Positions 1-14,014 of a DNA stretch of 64,000 nucleotides are shown piece after piece. The notes under the pieces were generated by a model, which was not told the origin of the DNA, did no database searches, and saw only the letters and a program-made list of their open reading frames with translations. The DNA lies in contig CM082583.2 of NCBI GenBank assembly GCA_040954595.2, positions 13,359,864 through 13,423,863 on the forward strand, read 5' to 3'. The stretch is from Balanoglossus misakiensis. Its lineage: Eukaryota; Animalia; Hemichordata. Each line of letters starts with the position of its first letter. Positions within the stretch are counted from its first letter, which is position 1. Position numbers and translations under genes: made by a program.

Positions 1-763
1 CGAAGTACCAAGTATGAAACTGTCAAACATGGCTTCTTCATTTACGTCAGTTGACATCAATTCATTTGTCCAAAAAATACCTGAGATGTAGCCCACATCC
101 TCCTCCCCTATTTAAGGACAATACCATTGAATTAAGATTACAACACAGATCTGATATACAATTGCATGGCATTGACATTGAACTTCAGTGCACCTAGACA
201 GAACACAAGGACATACACTGCAGACATTGAACTCTCTTCTGATCCCAGTTGAACACGCATACCAGCATATAAGACCTCGGGTATTTTTATACTCAGCATG
301 ATTTCTGTATTCAAATTAGCCATTCAACCTTTCAAGAGTTCGCTATAAATTGACCCATGATGACCCCTGTACCACCACTCCTTTTAAGCATATATCTACA
401 GCAAGTTACAAATCACAGTGGGGGGATCCATACACGGCCCTCTACGTTTCAAAGATATTGCTCAGGATAATCAACATTTTTCCAGAATTCTTTTGTCACT
501 GCTGTTTCAGGAGAAAATATTTTCTAACTTGAGCTAGCTTTCGACAGAAGATCAGAATAGCTGATCACAAGTTGGCTCTACTTTTCTGGGGTTTTCCAGC
601 CAAATCTTGCACTTCAAAAATTGTATTCTAATGCTTCTTTGTTTTAATAACCAGAATCAGTGATGATCTAATCATCATTAACACACATAAAATTTAATGC
701 TATAGCATTTGTACTGTTTTGTATTTATAATGGCCCAGTAAACTAACGCCAGACTTCTGAAAT

Positions 764-3700
764 CTAATATCTTTCATACGGACAAGGTGGTGGATTGACA
801 TCCATGAAGACATTCAACTCATACATAATTGAGAAGGAGATAATCACACAGTAGCACAAAGTACTAAATACACCCATCTTTTTATCCAGCTTCCAGCCGT
901 TCACGTGAATGGACACGAATGCAATAACCACAGTCAGCAACAGGACCGCAGAGGTAAACGTGAGACCAGAACTATAAATAGGCACTGGATTCAGGTCTGA
1001 TATTAAACTGCGGATAAACCATAGACAAGCCAGACAGATGAAAATTTCAAAAATGTTGCTGCCAATTATGTTTGATATAGCCATGTCTCCAAGACCTGCA
1101 AAGAAGTAAAAAAAAGAAGTTCAAAGTTAACATCACAATTTGCCAGCAATTGTCTTTGAGTTTATCTCTATACAGTCAAAGTGAAACATTAGAACTTAGC
1201 AAGATTTTCTTACCATCAGCAGCAACAAGAGAGCTAGCCATTGCATCTGGTATACTTGTTCCTGCAGCCAAGAAAGTAATTCCCATCACAGAATCAGGAA
1301 TTCCAAAGGTGTCACCTGACAAAAAGAGACAAATCATTACATTTCAGAATTATAAAAAATGATCAGATCAGGAATGACACATAGAAATATTCTCATCAAG
1401 ATGATGATGATGATGATAATGTTGATGTAATTCATACCACCATCAGTATCATCATTATTGAAATAAATCATGGCACTGTGTCAACTCTATGAAGGGAGAA
1501 AAATAAAAGTTTTAATATATCAAAGAACAGAAAGGTTATGAGGAATATCATTTTTCTGAAAATCTGTCCCCCAGACACATACTACTTGAATTGACATGTT
1601 AATGGCATGAACATACCTATAAGAGCAACCATCCACACCAAGACGTAGGCCACTAATGCAATCCACACAGTGGACATAAGGAATGAGACAAGGAACCACC
1701 ATCGCCATCTCGGCAGACGACAATCTGGTATGGTCAGAAACATCAGGAAAATCAAGGGTAGACCCATGATGTACATGGAATAGCGCACAGCACCTTTTGG
1801 AGGCTTCAGGGCGTGACGACAGTGTTCGTACTTGTCATACGGGTCTGGAGGGCCTTCTTCTTCCCCTGGGACTGATTCCACACAAAAAACAAACAAAAAG
1901 AAATTGTCAGATTTGCGCATCTTTCATTGTCCACAATCCAATATTGTTCATTGTCATTGGGATTCATCACACTATTACAAACAATATTCTGTACAATTCT
2001 GGATTTCATATTGTTCATTATCTTAGTTTCTTTCTAGGAAAACTAACAACGCAGATTTTCTTAACTAAGGCATTAAAGTCTTTAGTTCTGAGGCCTTAGC
2101 AAAACGGTAACCATGCAAGCACAGAAGAACTGACTTGTAATGAACAGATGAACATACTTCCGCCATTTTGTGTGATTTCAACTTTGGGACCATTCTCCAA
2201 AATGGGCTTTTCTTCATTATCAGGGTTGTCGGTCGTTCCAAGGGTCATGGCTGATGTCAGAAGAAAAGTTAAAACTTAGAACCTGAGAACTCAGCCTGCT
2301 GAAAACATCTGTAAGATTTCTCTTAATAATGAATCAGAAGTTCTTCACGCAATTTACTGAAAGATTGAAAAACCATTATTGTAAAATGCTCTTCAATACA
2401 GATAAAAACAAGCAAACTTGAACGTTCAAAGGTACAAAAAAGGGAAAAGACAGCAAACTAATAAATGCTCACTATCTTTTTCAGTGCTTCCATGACCTAA
2501 CTCTCCATCAGGTAATGTCATGGTACCATATGGATCTGGTGTCTTGTCTCCTAGCAACGGAGAGCCTGCAGAATCCCGCTCTTTATCCATTTCTTTTTCC
2601 CTCTTCTTTTTAAGTTTTCTCATCTTCCTTTCTTTGGCATAACGTTTGGCCATTGTAGAAAGTCTCAGATTGAAGTGGAGAATGATGATGTAGAATATGT
2701 ATCCAGAAAACAAGATCATGCTCTCCCACCTGGTGAAAACAATTGGTACATTTCTGTTAGCTCATTAAAGGAACACAGTAGTTCACTTTGACAAGACATT
2801 TAATTATAGCTGGTTGTTTTTGATGAACGTATACAGGCACTTTAATCTACACTCCTTTAATAATACGCTTACGTGGTCCACTTGCCAACTTACCAAGAAG
2901 CTAGGTTGTCATGCATGACCAAAACTAGGCCAATGATACCTATCACGTAGACAGAACAATCTCTCACCAATGGATACCATGTTAATGGGACAACCTGAAA
3001 AATAGTTTCAAGAAGCATGAAATTGAAAGTTTGCTATTTTTAAATTTCTGATAAACTGAATTGCTTCGTTTATTTGCTAAAATTACATAAATTTGGAAAA
3101 ACATATCCCTTGAGCAAAAGCTCTCAAAAGATGAGCTCTTTTATAGCAAAGTTTCTGCACAAATTTGGCAAAAAATTCTCACAGTTCTCAGTATAACTCA
3201 GGCTCCAGCAACTTTCAATACAAACTCGCAGGAATTCATTTATTTTGCAGACAAGAAAAACCTTCTGAAAACAGCACCTATCTAAAACCCCAGCTGTTTT
3301 TGGCGCCTGTTTAGTTAATAATGGATCTGGTACACTGACCTCACAATGCTGGGCCGACGTTTTGACCTATATACATGTATTCAAGTTACAATCCTTGGGT
3401 CAATAAGACCTTTTGTCAGGGTGAAAGTGGGGCAAACAGTCAATCTGTGCACACTTACTCTGCCAGCGAAAAAGCAACAACACGCAATGATTATGAAAAG
3501 GTTGAACACCAATGATCCAACAACAGTTCCGATACCAATGTCAGTTTTTGTGATGAAAGCACCTGTCAACAAAATATTATAAAAATATTAGCAACAAGAT
3601 ATAACATGCAATTTTCTAATAAATGTAATTACAACATATAGACAAAAATGTTTGTATTCTGTTCTGGCAGCCAATGCTACATCTTGATACGATTCTGGTA

Positions 3701-6700
3701 GAACATGTACTTATAAAATCTTACCAATGACAGATGCAGCAAACTCCGGAGCAGAACTTCCAATAGCCATCAAGGTTGCCCCGGCAACATCATGTTGAAG
3801 CTTAAGCACTATAGAAGAGTACAAGAAACATATTCATTGGTGAGAGGCCAAGACTAAATTAAACTTTGGGTTGTTTTAGTGTTGGAACATGAATGCAGTG
3901 GTAGTTTCCAACTTGATGTGGAAAACGTTGACAATCGACATATTCTTATAAAAAATAAATACTGTTGTTAATAGTTCAGAAATGCCTGAGAGCAATATGT
4001 GTTACACATCCCATAAGGCCAAAAACATAAAACAAATTTATTTTTGGTCAATTTTTCTTTGAAATTAGAACAGCGACACAGCTTTTCTTTGGATTTTCTT
4101 ACAGTCAGTGTCAAGAGGTCAAGCTGGGCTTTCAAAATGATGTGGGCAGTAACCAGAATCAACTCAATTTTTGGCCTAACCTTTCCACTACCAGACTCTC
4201 ATATGGTACGCCCCCAACTCCTCAAGTTTCATGGTGCACCATTGTAATACTGAAATGGGGGTGAAAGGAATAACGCCTGATAGGCACTAGGCTTGTTGCA
4301 GCTTGGAAAAGGATTACAAAATGTACATAGAACTGACACAGCTGGCATCATAACAATCTTCTGTTATCCACTGAAATTCTCTCGGCCCCTAAGCGTACAA
4401 CCATGACTGATAACCATCAAAAAATGCCGGTTTAACCTTTTTATCAGACCCACTGACACCATGATTTGACATTAAAACAATCTGTCCACCTTTGATCGAC
4501 CTGCCTTGCTCACATTCCAGAAATTCTTTCATTTACACGTTTTTTATTTATAAAGATGTCAATAAATGCCATTAATTGGGTAATTAATTTCAACTTAAAT
4601 ATTACAGTCCAACAACAGTATAAGACTCGATGCTACACCATTTTTTAAACATTACACACGCGATGACCTAGATCTAGTTTCCTAGTCACATGGTACTGCG
4701 CAAGCTCGGTTACCATTTGTAGGCCACGTGCAACCTTGCCTGGAGGACTTTCCATCAATAGAAAATGAGATGTTAATTACATGTGCATATCACTTCGTTA
4801 ATGGCCTTGTCCCCTTAATGTAAATTTTCTAGGTCAGTCACCAGGTATAACTGACAACTTCACGCACAGATAATTTTTCTCTCTCACGTGCCTTAACACA
4901 TGCAGCTGCAGGCCTGCATTTTGCAAAAGGAATCGCTCTATATTTTTAACTCTTTAGAAAGTAACAGGGTTTTAATTTTACAGACACAAAGTTTCATAGG
5001 ATCTACTCAAACATAAAATCCCAGAAGAAAAGACACTACAAAATCTAATGGCAAATTTAATGAGAATAAGTATAAAATAATAATTAACAAATTACAAATC
5101 ATTTTGAAATATTTGATTCTGATTATTGAAACTCGTCTTCTAGAGACAAGGTGTTGCTATAGTTACCAGTAACTGTGACACTGGTTATAAAATTTAAGTC
5201 TCTTACAGGTATTAGATGACATTGAACATGACAAGCATGTTAATGAACATGATATATGTCTCACAAAAGGTCATGCTATGGCCTTTGTAAAGGTCAATTT
5301 TTAGGGGGGGGGTCTTGCAAAAAGTTGACTTTATCTAAATTAAGTTTCCATTTTAATATTTGTATCACACATTTCTGTGATATTATCAGAATTATTATGA
5401 TTATTGCAAACATTCCCATTGGTGCAACTAAAATAACCTACCTTAAAAGTAAATGTTGCCAACTAGTGAAAATGCTGAAAGGCAACCTTCAATGATACAA
5501 ATCAAAGGGGATTGTGGGTAAAAATAGCAAAGTAAAACCTGTCTAAACCGAACACTAAAGGGACTGAAAAAATTGTTCAGTGTCTGGAAAATGTGTTTGG
5601 TATGGTAGACAAGGTTCAGTTTAGACATGTTTTGTATGACTGTTAGTGAGATACTTACAATGACAGAGCACTTCCAAGGATGGTACAAAGTACATCTCAC
5701 AAATGTAGGCCAACAAACTGAACATGTATGTTGCTATAATTATGTGGATGACAATTCCACCTGAGCGACGCTGTTGAGGTGTCATGAAATCTGCTGGAAA
5801 TTCATCGACGGAACGTGGCGTACAGTTGTGTTGAAGCAAGCTTCGACTTGAGTAGTGTACTTCATCATCAATTTCTGCAAAATGTAAAAGAAATTATTTT
5901 TAATTGAAAATGGTTCAATCTGTTGATTGGAGTACCAACGGCCCTTTGAGTAAACACGTATACACTTGTCGTAAAAGCTGAGCCTTAATCCTATTCTGTG
6001 TACATTGCAAGTTGAGTCACTTCTTATTTCCCAGGATGCACTTCAATTCTCAGTTCACACCCTCATTCAGACACTGTTTACGCCAAGCACAATTTCTAGA
6101 GAATATGTGCCATGCATACAGAGTTATCCCTGACCTAAAGACTCTTGCACGTCGCGCCATTTATTGTTTGTCACATAGGCTTACATGTGCAAAGTATACT
6201 TTCCAGACAAGGCAACTGACCTGGTCATTACACTTCTTACGACCTTTCAAGACAATAAATCTTAAGTCACTGTCCCACCATTTCACATTTTCTGTGCAAT
6301 GAACATAAACAATTAAACAACAGTTGAACTTTTCTTAAGATTGTAATGTACATATATAACATAAGCCTCATTTATTTTGAATTGTCCAGGAATAGATTTA
6401 TTCCAGATTAGTATTCTACCTTTCACTTGACCTTCATTCAAGTAAATATGGTTGCAATCCACGAATGTAAAAAGGAGACAAATTCTCGCACCTCAATTAA
6501 GTGCATGCAGTGACATTGAAATGAACTGAATAGAATGTTGGCCTTTCAAAGGTCATATGATCAGCATACCACTTTCACACTCAAGTGGCTAAGTACCCGT
6601 CTGATACAAGGTCATTAAAGGTTGAGATCATTAGAAACATGAGATAATTAGCAAGTGAAACACAGGAACAAAGAGGATAATTACTGGAAGTGAAATTATC

Positions 6701-8009
6701 AATGAACAAGTTTATCCCTTCTATGTAACTCCTCTTTCCAGGATGACTTCTGGAAAAATCTGGGAAAACAGAAGCTGAAGAGATTTTGAACGCAAATACT
6801 TGACCATCTAGATTCACAAGCTGTGTGTGTGAGTGTTTAATACAGTGTTAAGGCATGACAAAAGTTCAATGGAGACAACACCTGAAGAGGTGGGGGGGGG
6901 GGACTGCACCCATGACATGGTACAGCATGTTCCTGAGTTACACACTGCTGGCATGCACAGACCAAATGAGCTTCTGGGAGGTCAACCTTTTATTGTCTAG
7001 CTATGTATAAAAACTGTTTACCTAATCATATTTCAAAGTTTAAAAAATCGTTTTATTTATCAGCCATTCAACAAGTTTAAAACTGATCTTTTTCAAAAGA
7101 AAGCTTTCGTTAATTTTCTTCATTTGGCAGCAGTTCAACACAATCACATGTTCATTCCTGACCCCCCCCCCCCCTTCCCGCATTATTCAAAGATATGCGA
7201 GTCATAAAAATGTACGGTAACAGCCAATCGGATCTTTGCAATGCAATGCAATGTACAATTCTGATTTGCATAAATGACAGTCGACTCTGTGTGCGGTCAT
7301 GACTTTTTTTCCTTTACAAACAAGTGAAGCTGCACCCGATGACCTCAAAAGAAACTATTCACTGACTGGAAATCATGTTAAGGGATAATGCAGTACTCCA
7401 CAAAACTCCGACGTCTAAACTTTAAAAAAAACTTCAACAACTCGCACACTAATGGGTCAGCCAGTCGATCTATTTAGACAATCTTGCACTTTGACATTAT
7501 TGCCGTCAATTGATCAATGATCGCACGCAAAATTGATACAATCTAACAATCTTGATGTGATGGGCGAACAACCCATCCGATGCATAGTACAAATCGTAGT
7601 TCTCTGGTATACTTTACACAAAAGGAGTTTACAGTGATCACATTTCAATTCAACACGTGCTGAAATCACCGCACCAAGTTCACTATCACCGGTATATTAA
7701 CCCATTTATTTATGTAATTGGAGCAGACAGACCGGGTTTGCCTTACTTTCTTTCTTATATTTGCATTTTTATGGCTCACATGGTCTCCGCATTAAACTCT
7801 TGCCAATGAAACCTACCTCGTACGCCTCTTCCCGTGTTCAGTGGATCTGGAAGAAACCTTCTCAGTGTCGACGACACGGACCAACAAAAGAGAAAGATAA
7901 CGACATAAACGAAGAAAACAAAAATGTAGTTTGGAGATTTTGTAGGTCTTTGTCGCTTGCTGGATCTGTACGACACGTCCTCAACAGAAATGCAGTCCAT
8001 TGTCGCCAT
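764..8009 (-). CDS. K+-dependent Na+/Ca2+ exchanger (SLC24A/NCKX family), ~10 exons
   Basis: Exons approx. 8009-7817, 5874-5659, 3808-3726, 3562-3458, 2995-2893, 2730-~2470, 2251-2157, 1871-1617, 1316-1213, 1095-764. NCKX signatures: CTPRSVDEFPADF..RRSGGIVIH, alpha-1 repeat DVAGATLMAIGSSAPEF and DIGIGTVVGSLVFN, TIPDCR, alpha-2 repeat MGITFLAAGTSIPD and GDMAISNIIGSNIFEI. Subtype not assignable by eye. Confidence 0.93.
2765..2860. mobile_element. Possible tiny TTAA-flanked MITE remnant (Kolobok/piggyBac-like ends) in an SLC24 intron
   Basis: Begins ttaaagga and ends tcctttaa (8-bp inverted ends including TTAA); only short TIRs, so weak. Confidence 0.3.
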
Positions 8010-10120
8010 GATTACAATAAATCCAGTGAAAGTGCTCGAAAGTGTGTATCAGATCTACAAACAAACACAATCCGACAATAGATGATGTTGATGATGATGG
8101 ATATCACAGTTGTATTATATCACACAATCTATCAGTTCCTCGGTTTCTACGTCTGGTCTTCCGGTAAAACAGCAAATCGACAGGATCCAACGGTCAGGGG
8201 CACGCGTCGTATCGAGCTGTCGACCTGTAAATTGATTGACTCTCAATCTCAGCAGTGCCAGGCAAGCGCTTCTGTATTACGCTGTATTCTTCTTGTAGTT
8301 CTGGTCACCTGTGATGGCCCGGTCCAGCAACTACAAATGACACCGGGGTAGATCTTCTTTTCACAAGCAACCTGACCCGTACCACGCGATGCCTCGAACA
8401 GAACGTAGTTGCAGGGCCGCGATGTGTACGTGATACAAGTTCTTGATCACCCTGACCTAGAATGAACTGCGTATGAACCAAGAACCGCACGATATATGGC
8501 TTAGCGCCACCAACCGACCATTGTATTATATTGTATAAAGTGGGTATTTTCGCGAGAAGTCACCAAATACAACTTGTTTGGGCTGGAGGTACAATCACGA
8601 CATAATTTAGAAGTAAACTGTATGTTGTCAAAGAAAACAATTAGGCCTTTAACTTTGAAGGTCACTTATGCATCTTTCCACAAATCTGGAAATAGTGTCA
8701 TTGATCGTAAGGAGCAACATGTATAGAATACTTTCTTTTTAGTCGATTTAAAAAAAATAGTTTATGGCACCAATATAAAACCGCCGGCAAAGTTATCAAT
8801 TATCAAAACCTAGGATGATTATCTTTAATAATAACAAATCATATGAAATTAACCGAAGTCTGCTTTAAATTGCTTTTAAACATTGAAAAATAAAGACAAT
8901 TAGCGTTATAAAAGTAAAAAAAGGTTATAGTTAAAGTACAAAAATAATAAAAAGGATTATGAAACACGTGGGCCTATGGAAAATCGCGTCAAAGTGATCT
9001 ACCGCTCCCGCACATATATTTAATATAGCAGTGTCTTATTTCAGGATCGATTAAGGTCATTGAACTGTCGATGTCATGGTAACGGAGCGCTCAATGCCAT
9101 TGCAGAGGCCATCCTGTGAATAGTAAATCACCTTGCCTCACAGTCACGTGATATCTGCGGTTCCACACGTAGACATCTCCAATTTCGCTTAGCTGGAAGG
9201 ACGTATATGCGCACTGACACTTCGTTTCAGTCTGCGAGAAGTGTACCAGTCAGCTTTGAATAGTGGCTGTTTTGTCCACTGCATGTGCATCTTATAGTTG
9301 TACAGTCCTGAACACACGCACACACGCACGCACGCACGCATCACCACCATCAACAACAACAAACCTTATACAAACCTTGCAAGGTACTGGTATAAGCTTA
9401 TGCATCTTACAAGGGATATACACGCATTACCACAATTGCCTGCGCAATGTAATTTGATATTGAACTTCCGACCTCGAACTTGACCATGACCAGGTAAGAA
9501 CCTGGAGACATTCATTGTCAACAATATAATGATTTTGAACTCTCATTGCACTAAGAAATATATTGATTTTGAATTCTCTGCGCACTAAGGAATATAATGT
9601 TGACATTATTCTTCAAAAATGCAAGTTGTAATACAAAATGTATGTACCGAAATAGCACAATAATGACCGTCAAATATAATGAAGCAATGCGAAACGCACG
9701 GTACGTAGAATCCATTGTGAAGTGAAACAATAGCTATGACCAAAAGTGTTTTCTATAACTTACCATTCAGACATAGGATAGACAAGTAGGAAACATCATT
9801 TTTCACCTAAAAAGTAAGTTGTTTCGACGTAGTACGTAAATTAAGTAACGTTTTATTTCCAACTTTTTAGCCTACTGGAAATATCTCGCAGCGATGTTTA
9901 TGCCAGTCACTAGAGAAAAAGTGTAGCGTTGGGGTTTGGAATAGGGTAGGTTATTTGATTTCCTTTTATTTATGAAAAATGATCTAAAACGGTAACCCTA
10001 ATCATTAGTTATTCGACAGTTTTGGTGCTGTGATATTGCCCATTTCACAACAGTGCCCTCAACGGCCAACTTATCTTTTCCTTCCCCTTCCCGTCGTTCC
10101 CCACGCGCAAGTTCGTAAGC

Positions 10121-10500
10121 AACATGGCGGGTGCCACGGAAATGTTGTCAGCTGCTTCTAATCTTGCCAAACATGACGATTATTATGAACTTTTACGTCG
10201 CATCGTGCAGTATTGTGCAACCGAGTCGACAAATTGAGTTCGTTGTGTATTATAAATGAATAGAACACAAAACACGATACACGACAATGCCTCTTTCCAA
10301 TATTTTTTTCGCTCGTGACTGGTTCTGTGTACATGTACTTCCTGTGTTTCGAATGACCAGATGACTGAACACGTCATATTTCCACTTCCGCTTCTGATTC
10401 GTTCGTTCCTTTCCGATGAAATTTCTCTTTGACTGACAGGAAGCGAACAACTGACAGATAAAACCAAAAGGCTTCAAGTCTAGGAAAATAAACAGGTAAA
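10121..10500 (+). promoter_or_regulatory. Promoter/5' non-coding exon region of the zinc-finger gene
   Basis: CpG-richer region; YY1-like AACATGGCGG (10121), ETS-like ACTTCCTG and CACTTCCG motifs, splice donor cag|gtaaac at ~10495, acceptor ttttttcag at ~11129. Confidence 0.45.
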
Positions 10501-11198
10501 CTATCCCGAAACCTCGCTCACAGTGGTATATTTCCCTCTCGTTTTACCATACAATTTCTCCTTAGTGACGTCACTGCTTTCTTTCATCTGGCTTTGTTCG
10601 CGTTCTGCATTTCCGTTCTGGGTAGGTTTGTCTGATCGTATCGGTGCTCTGTCCATGCCCCCGCTTTTCGGTCCAAGTAAGTGGTACAACGGGTTTCAGC
10701 CACATATGCGATGTTCTAGTTTCGAGCCGATAAACTTTCAGAACTATACCGTTTACTCGTTTTCAGAAAACGTTATACACAGTGGGGCAGTTTAATGTGT
10801 CACCATTTTTGGAAAAACTGAAAAGGTAATTTTGTAAATGTTGGAATTTGCATCTATATGTACTAGCTGTTTGTGCGGCCGCGGAGATTTTGTGAACTTC
10901 GTTTTGCCCAAATATCAACGAATTCCGACACGTACATCATGAACAGACCAAATTTAGATTACAAAATCTGCATAACTCGATCTATCTTTCAAACCCCAGG
11001 TTAATGTTTGTGACATTGTTATGCCATGGCGATGTGAACACTCCTTCCCACCTCTATTCATTGAAAATAGGGGAACCCGCAATTTTGTTTGTTACTTTTA
11101 ATGACAAATCTACTTGTTCTTTTTTTCAGACACTTTAGCAATAGCCAAACCTATTCAAGAGGGTAGTACAACTTCTTCAAAAAGACCTTAGCAGTATC

Positions 11199-12992
11199 AT
11201 GTCATCAGAGAACTTTGATCGCATGGATGTCACTGTACAAATTGATGACAGTCAGTATGTGGTTGATGGTGAACAGAAACGCTGGCAGTGTAGACTGTGT
11301 CCTAAGTCTTACACAACCAAACATAATTTAGTCACTCATATGCTGAGTCATTCTGGCATCAAACCTTATGAATGTGCAGAATGTGGAAAGCAGTTCAAAC
11401 AACTGAGCCATCTGAACATTCACAAGTTGACCCATGAGGGGGTGAAACCCCACAAATGCAATGTGTGTGATCGGGGTTTCACTCAGGTCAGTCATTTGAA
11501 AAGGCATATGCTTCAACACAGTGATGATAGACCTTTCACCTGCAAGACATGTGGCCGAGGTTTTGCTTATCCGAGCGAGCTTACCGCGCATGAAATGAAA
11601 CATGACAGAGCCAAAGACAACACCTGTGTGGAATGTGGCAAAGATTTTCCGTCACTAAATCAGCTGAAGCGGCATCTTGTGGGTCACAGAGATCCTAACA
11701 TGAATCGATGTGATGAGTGTAACAAAACATTTGCTTATCCCAGCCAGCTGCAACATCACCTCATGAAACACAAAGACATCCGTCCTTACATGTGCACTGA
11801 GTGTGGAATGGAATTCATGCAAGCCCATCATTTACGGCAGCATGAGTTCACACATAAGGGGGTGAAACCACACAAGTGCCCAACGTGCGGCCGTGAATTT
11901 TCGCTGCATGCAAACATGAAGCGACATTTACTGATCCACAGTAATGTGCGCTCTCATGTTTGTGAAGTCTGCAATCGGTCTTTCACTCAGAAACAGACCT
12001 TGAAGGCTCATATGGTTGTTCACAGTGAAGTGAAACCATTCAAATGTTCATCCTGTGACAAGGAATTCAGCCGATATCACAACCTGGTTGGCCACATGCA
12101 TCTCCACAAGAATAATAAACCTTATAAATGTACTGAATGCCCCAGTGAGTTTACTTTGAAAGGAAACCTGACGCGACATATGAAGATCAAACACGGGCTG
12201 TACGACAGTCATTTTGAGAGTGCAGAGCCTGAAAAAAGTGAAGAATTGACAGATGAGTCACTTGGAAAGGAACCAAGCAAAGTTGTAGAAGATATGCCCT
12301 CAATGACCAAAAACTCTGATGTGAGTGGTGGATCAGGTGTTGATGGGAGGAATGAGAAGTCATTTGCCAAGAATTATGGAGATCAGTCTATTGCCATGGA
12401 TACTAGGGAACAGTCTGCTGCCATGGATATTGGAGAAAAGTCTGTTGCCATGGATATTAGAGAACAATCTTTTACAGATACTAGAGAGGAATCTGTTTCT
12501 ATGAATACTGGAGAACCATCTGTTGAGAGGGAGAGTGAAGCTGTCAGAATGGAGACCGAAGAAACAGCACAACAAAGCTTGGAGCAGAGTCTGCGCTATC
12601 TTTCAGAATTATCTGGACAAAACATTACTATGGACAATTTTAAAAATTGTCTCTACCAGGGAACAGCTGTTGAGAGTAGTGACTCAGACTGTGATAGAAA
12701 TGATGGTAAACGTAGCCTTGATTCTGATGAGTCTACATCAGTGGACAGTGATGACTTGCCATTCACTGCAAAATTATCATCTGAGAAAAGCATGTGCACA
12801 TCGACAGAGAGGGTCAGTCCATATTTTAGAGACAGTGACAACAATTCAAACTCATCAAATGAAAGTTCTTGCAAAAAGTCACGAAAGAGACGTAAGACAA
12901 CAAAGAAAGGAACAGGGAAATTACATGACATTATCGCAAAGCTGGGTGCTTCAAAAACAAATAATTCCACTTCTGGTACAGACACTGAGTAA
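11199..12992 (+). CDS. ZNF710: C2H2 zinc-finger protein, ZNF710/ZNF366 (DC-SCRIPT) family, 11 fingers, single coding exon
   Basis: 597-aa ORF; DVTVQIDDS..KRWQC followed by 11 C2H2 fingers including family-typical GRGFAYPSEL, YPSQLQHHLMKHKDIRPY, FTLKGNLTRHMKIKH. Probably co-orthologous to ZNF710 and ZNF366. Confidence 0.9.
   Translation: MSSENFDRMDVTVQIDDSQYVVDGEQKRWQCRLCPKSYTTKHNLVTHMLSHSGIKPYECAECGKQFKQLSHLNIHKLTHEGVKPHKCNVCDRGFTQVSHLKRHMLQHSDDRPFTCKTCGRGFAYPSELTAHEMKHDRAKDNTCVECGKDFPSLNQLKRHLVGHRDPNMNRCDECNKTFAYPSQLQHHLMKHKDIRPYMCTECGMEFMQAHHLRQHEFTHKGVKPHKCPTCGREFSLHANMKRHLLIHSNVRSHVCEVCNRSFTQKQTLKAHMVVHSEVKPFKCSSCDKEFSRYHNLVGHMHLHKNNKPYKCTECPSEFTLKGNLTRHMKIKHGLYDSHFESAEPEKSEELTDESLGKEPSKVVEDMPSMTKNSDVSGGSGVDGRNEKSFAKNYGDQSIAMDTREQSAAMDIGEKSVAMDIREQSFTDTREESVSMNTGEPSVERESEAVRMETEETAQQSLEQSLRYLSELSGQNITMDNFKNCLYQGTAVESSDSDCDRNDGKRSLDSDESTSVDSDDLPFTAKLSSEKSMCTSTERVSPYFRDSDNNSNSSNESSCKKSRKRRKTTKKGTGKLHDIIAKLGASKTNNSTSGTDTE
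12353..12540 (+). repeat. Coding ~27-bp (9-aa) degenerate tandem repeat
   Basis: EKSFAKNYG/DQSIAMDTR/EQSAAMDIG/EKSVAMDIR/EQSFTDTR/EESVSMNTG; DNA units contain gccatggata. Confidence 0.8.
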
Positions 12993-14014
12993 GACCCCTA
13001 ACTGTGCAACAAATGTCATATTCAGTTTTTCGCATTAAACCAAATAGAGAAAATTGGCTGACATTACGCCCTCATGCAATACATAAAAGTGTTGCTGTGG
13101 TGGTCACAGAGTTTCTGTGTCTGTCTTCCTGCGTGCCCACATGCCACGATATCATTTCCTAATAGCAGTAGTGTAACATTTCCATTTCATATTCATTTTG
13201 CATGTTGTAGAATAACTTCTCCAATACATCATATATCAACTAAGCTGTCCATGTTCCTACCCCATTACACTCTACATTCGTACATATTATACTCATCATA
13301 TCCTTACATGCACATAAGTTTACCAAGGAGTCACAGATAGCAATGTGTTGTATTACAATTCATTCCTGGTTTTGTTCTGCCGCAAAAGTTTTTCATTAGT
13401 TTAGTATAATAAAGACTTACAGAAAGAACTGTAAAATTTTATGAAGTGTATTTAAATTTTCTATGTTGAATTTAGATTGTACCAAAATGCCACAAAACTT
13501 GCACAATTGTTGATGCATTTCTTACACAGTACTGTTTATCATGTCATTTTCCTCTTAGTTGTAATACAGCCATTTTATTTGAAACTGTATTTATTTTTAT
13601 TTATTATCTTGCATGGATATTAAAAGTTTTGCCATCAATAATGTTTCTGTGTATTTTATATTATCAAATCCTTTCAAAACACAGGCTAGTCTGTCTGTAC
13701 GATCTTGCTTTCAAGTTTCAGTCCTGTCAACACTGCTATCCCAGTGGATGTTGATAGTTATTGGACCGTTTGACACACTACTAAAGATAACATTTGTCCA
13801 CTTTTAAACACAACACATACACAGACAAATGCAACAGTTTAAAGACTGGTCCTGATTTGTTTGAAAATATTTATTTGTTGAATCACAAATTTTCCAAAAA
13901 TTGTGCACAATGAATTGTAATGGCAGTGAATACAGCAATCTCCTGAGAATGTTCCTGTTGAGTGAAAGGCATCTTTATACAATATAGGCAGTGTTGACAT
14001 TGTAGAATTTGAGA

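Noticed and set aside
6581-6817. 78-aa ORF in the SLC24 first intron as an extra exon
   Set aside because: Exon 1 (donor at 7817) joins exon 2 in frame without it; no family motif.
12523-13038. 171-aa overlapping ORF in the zinc-finger tail
   Set aside because: Non-ATG start, shadow frame of a low-complexity region, no recognisable motif.
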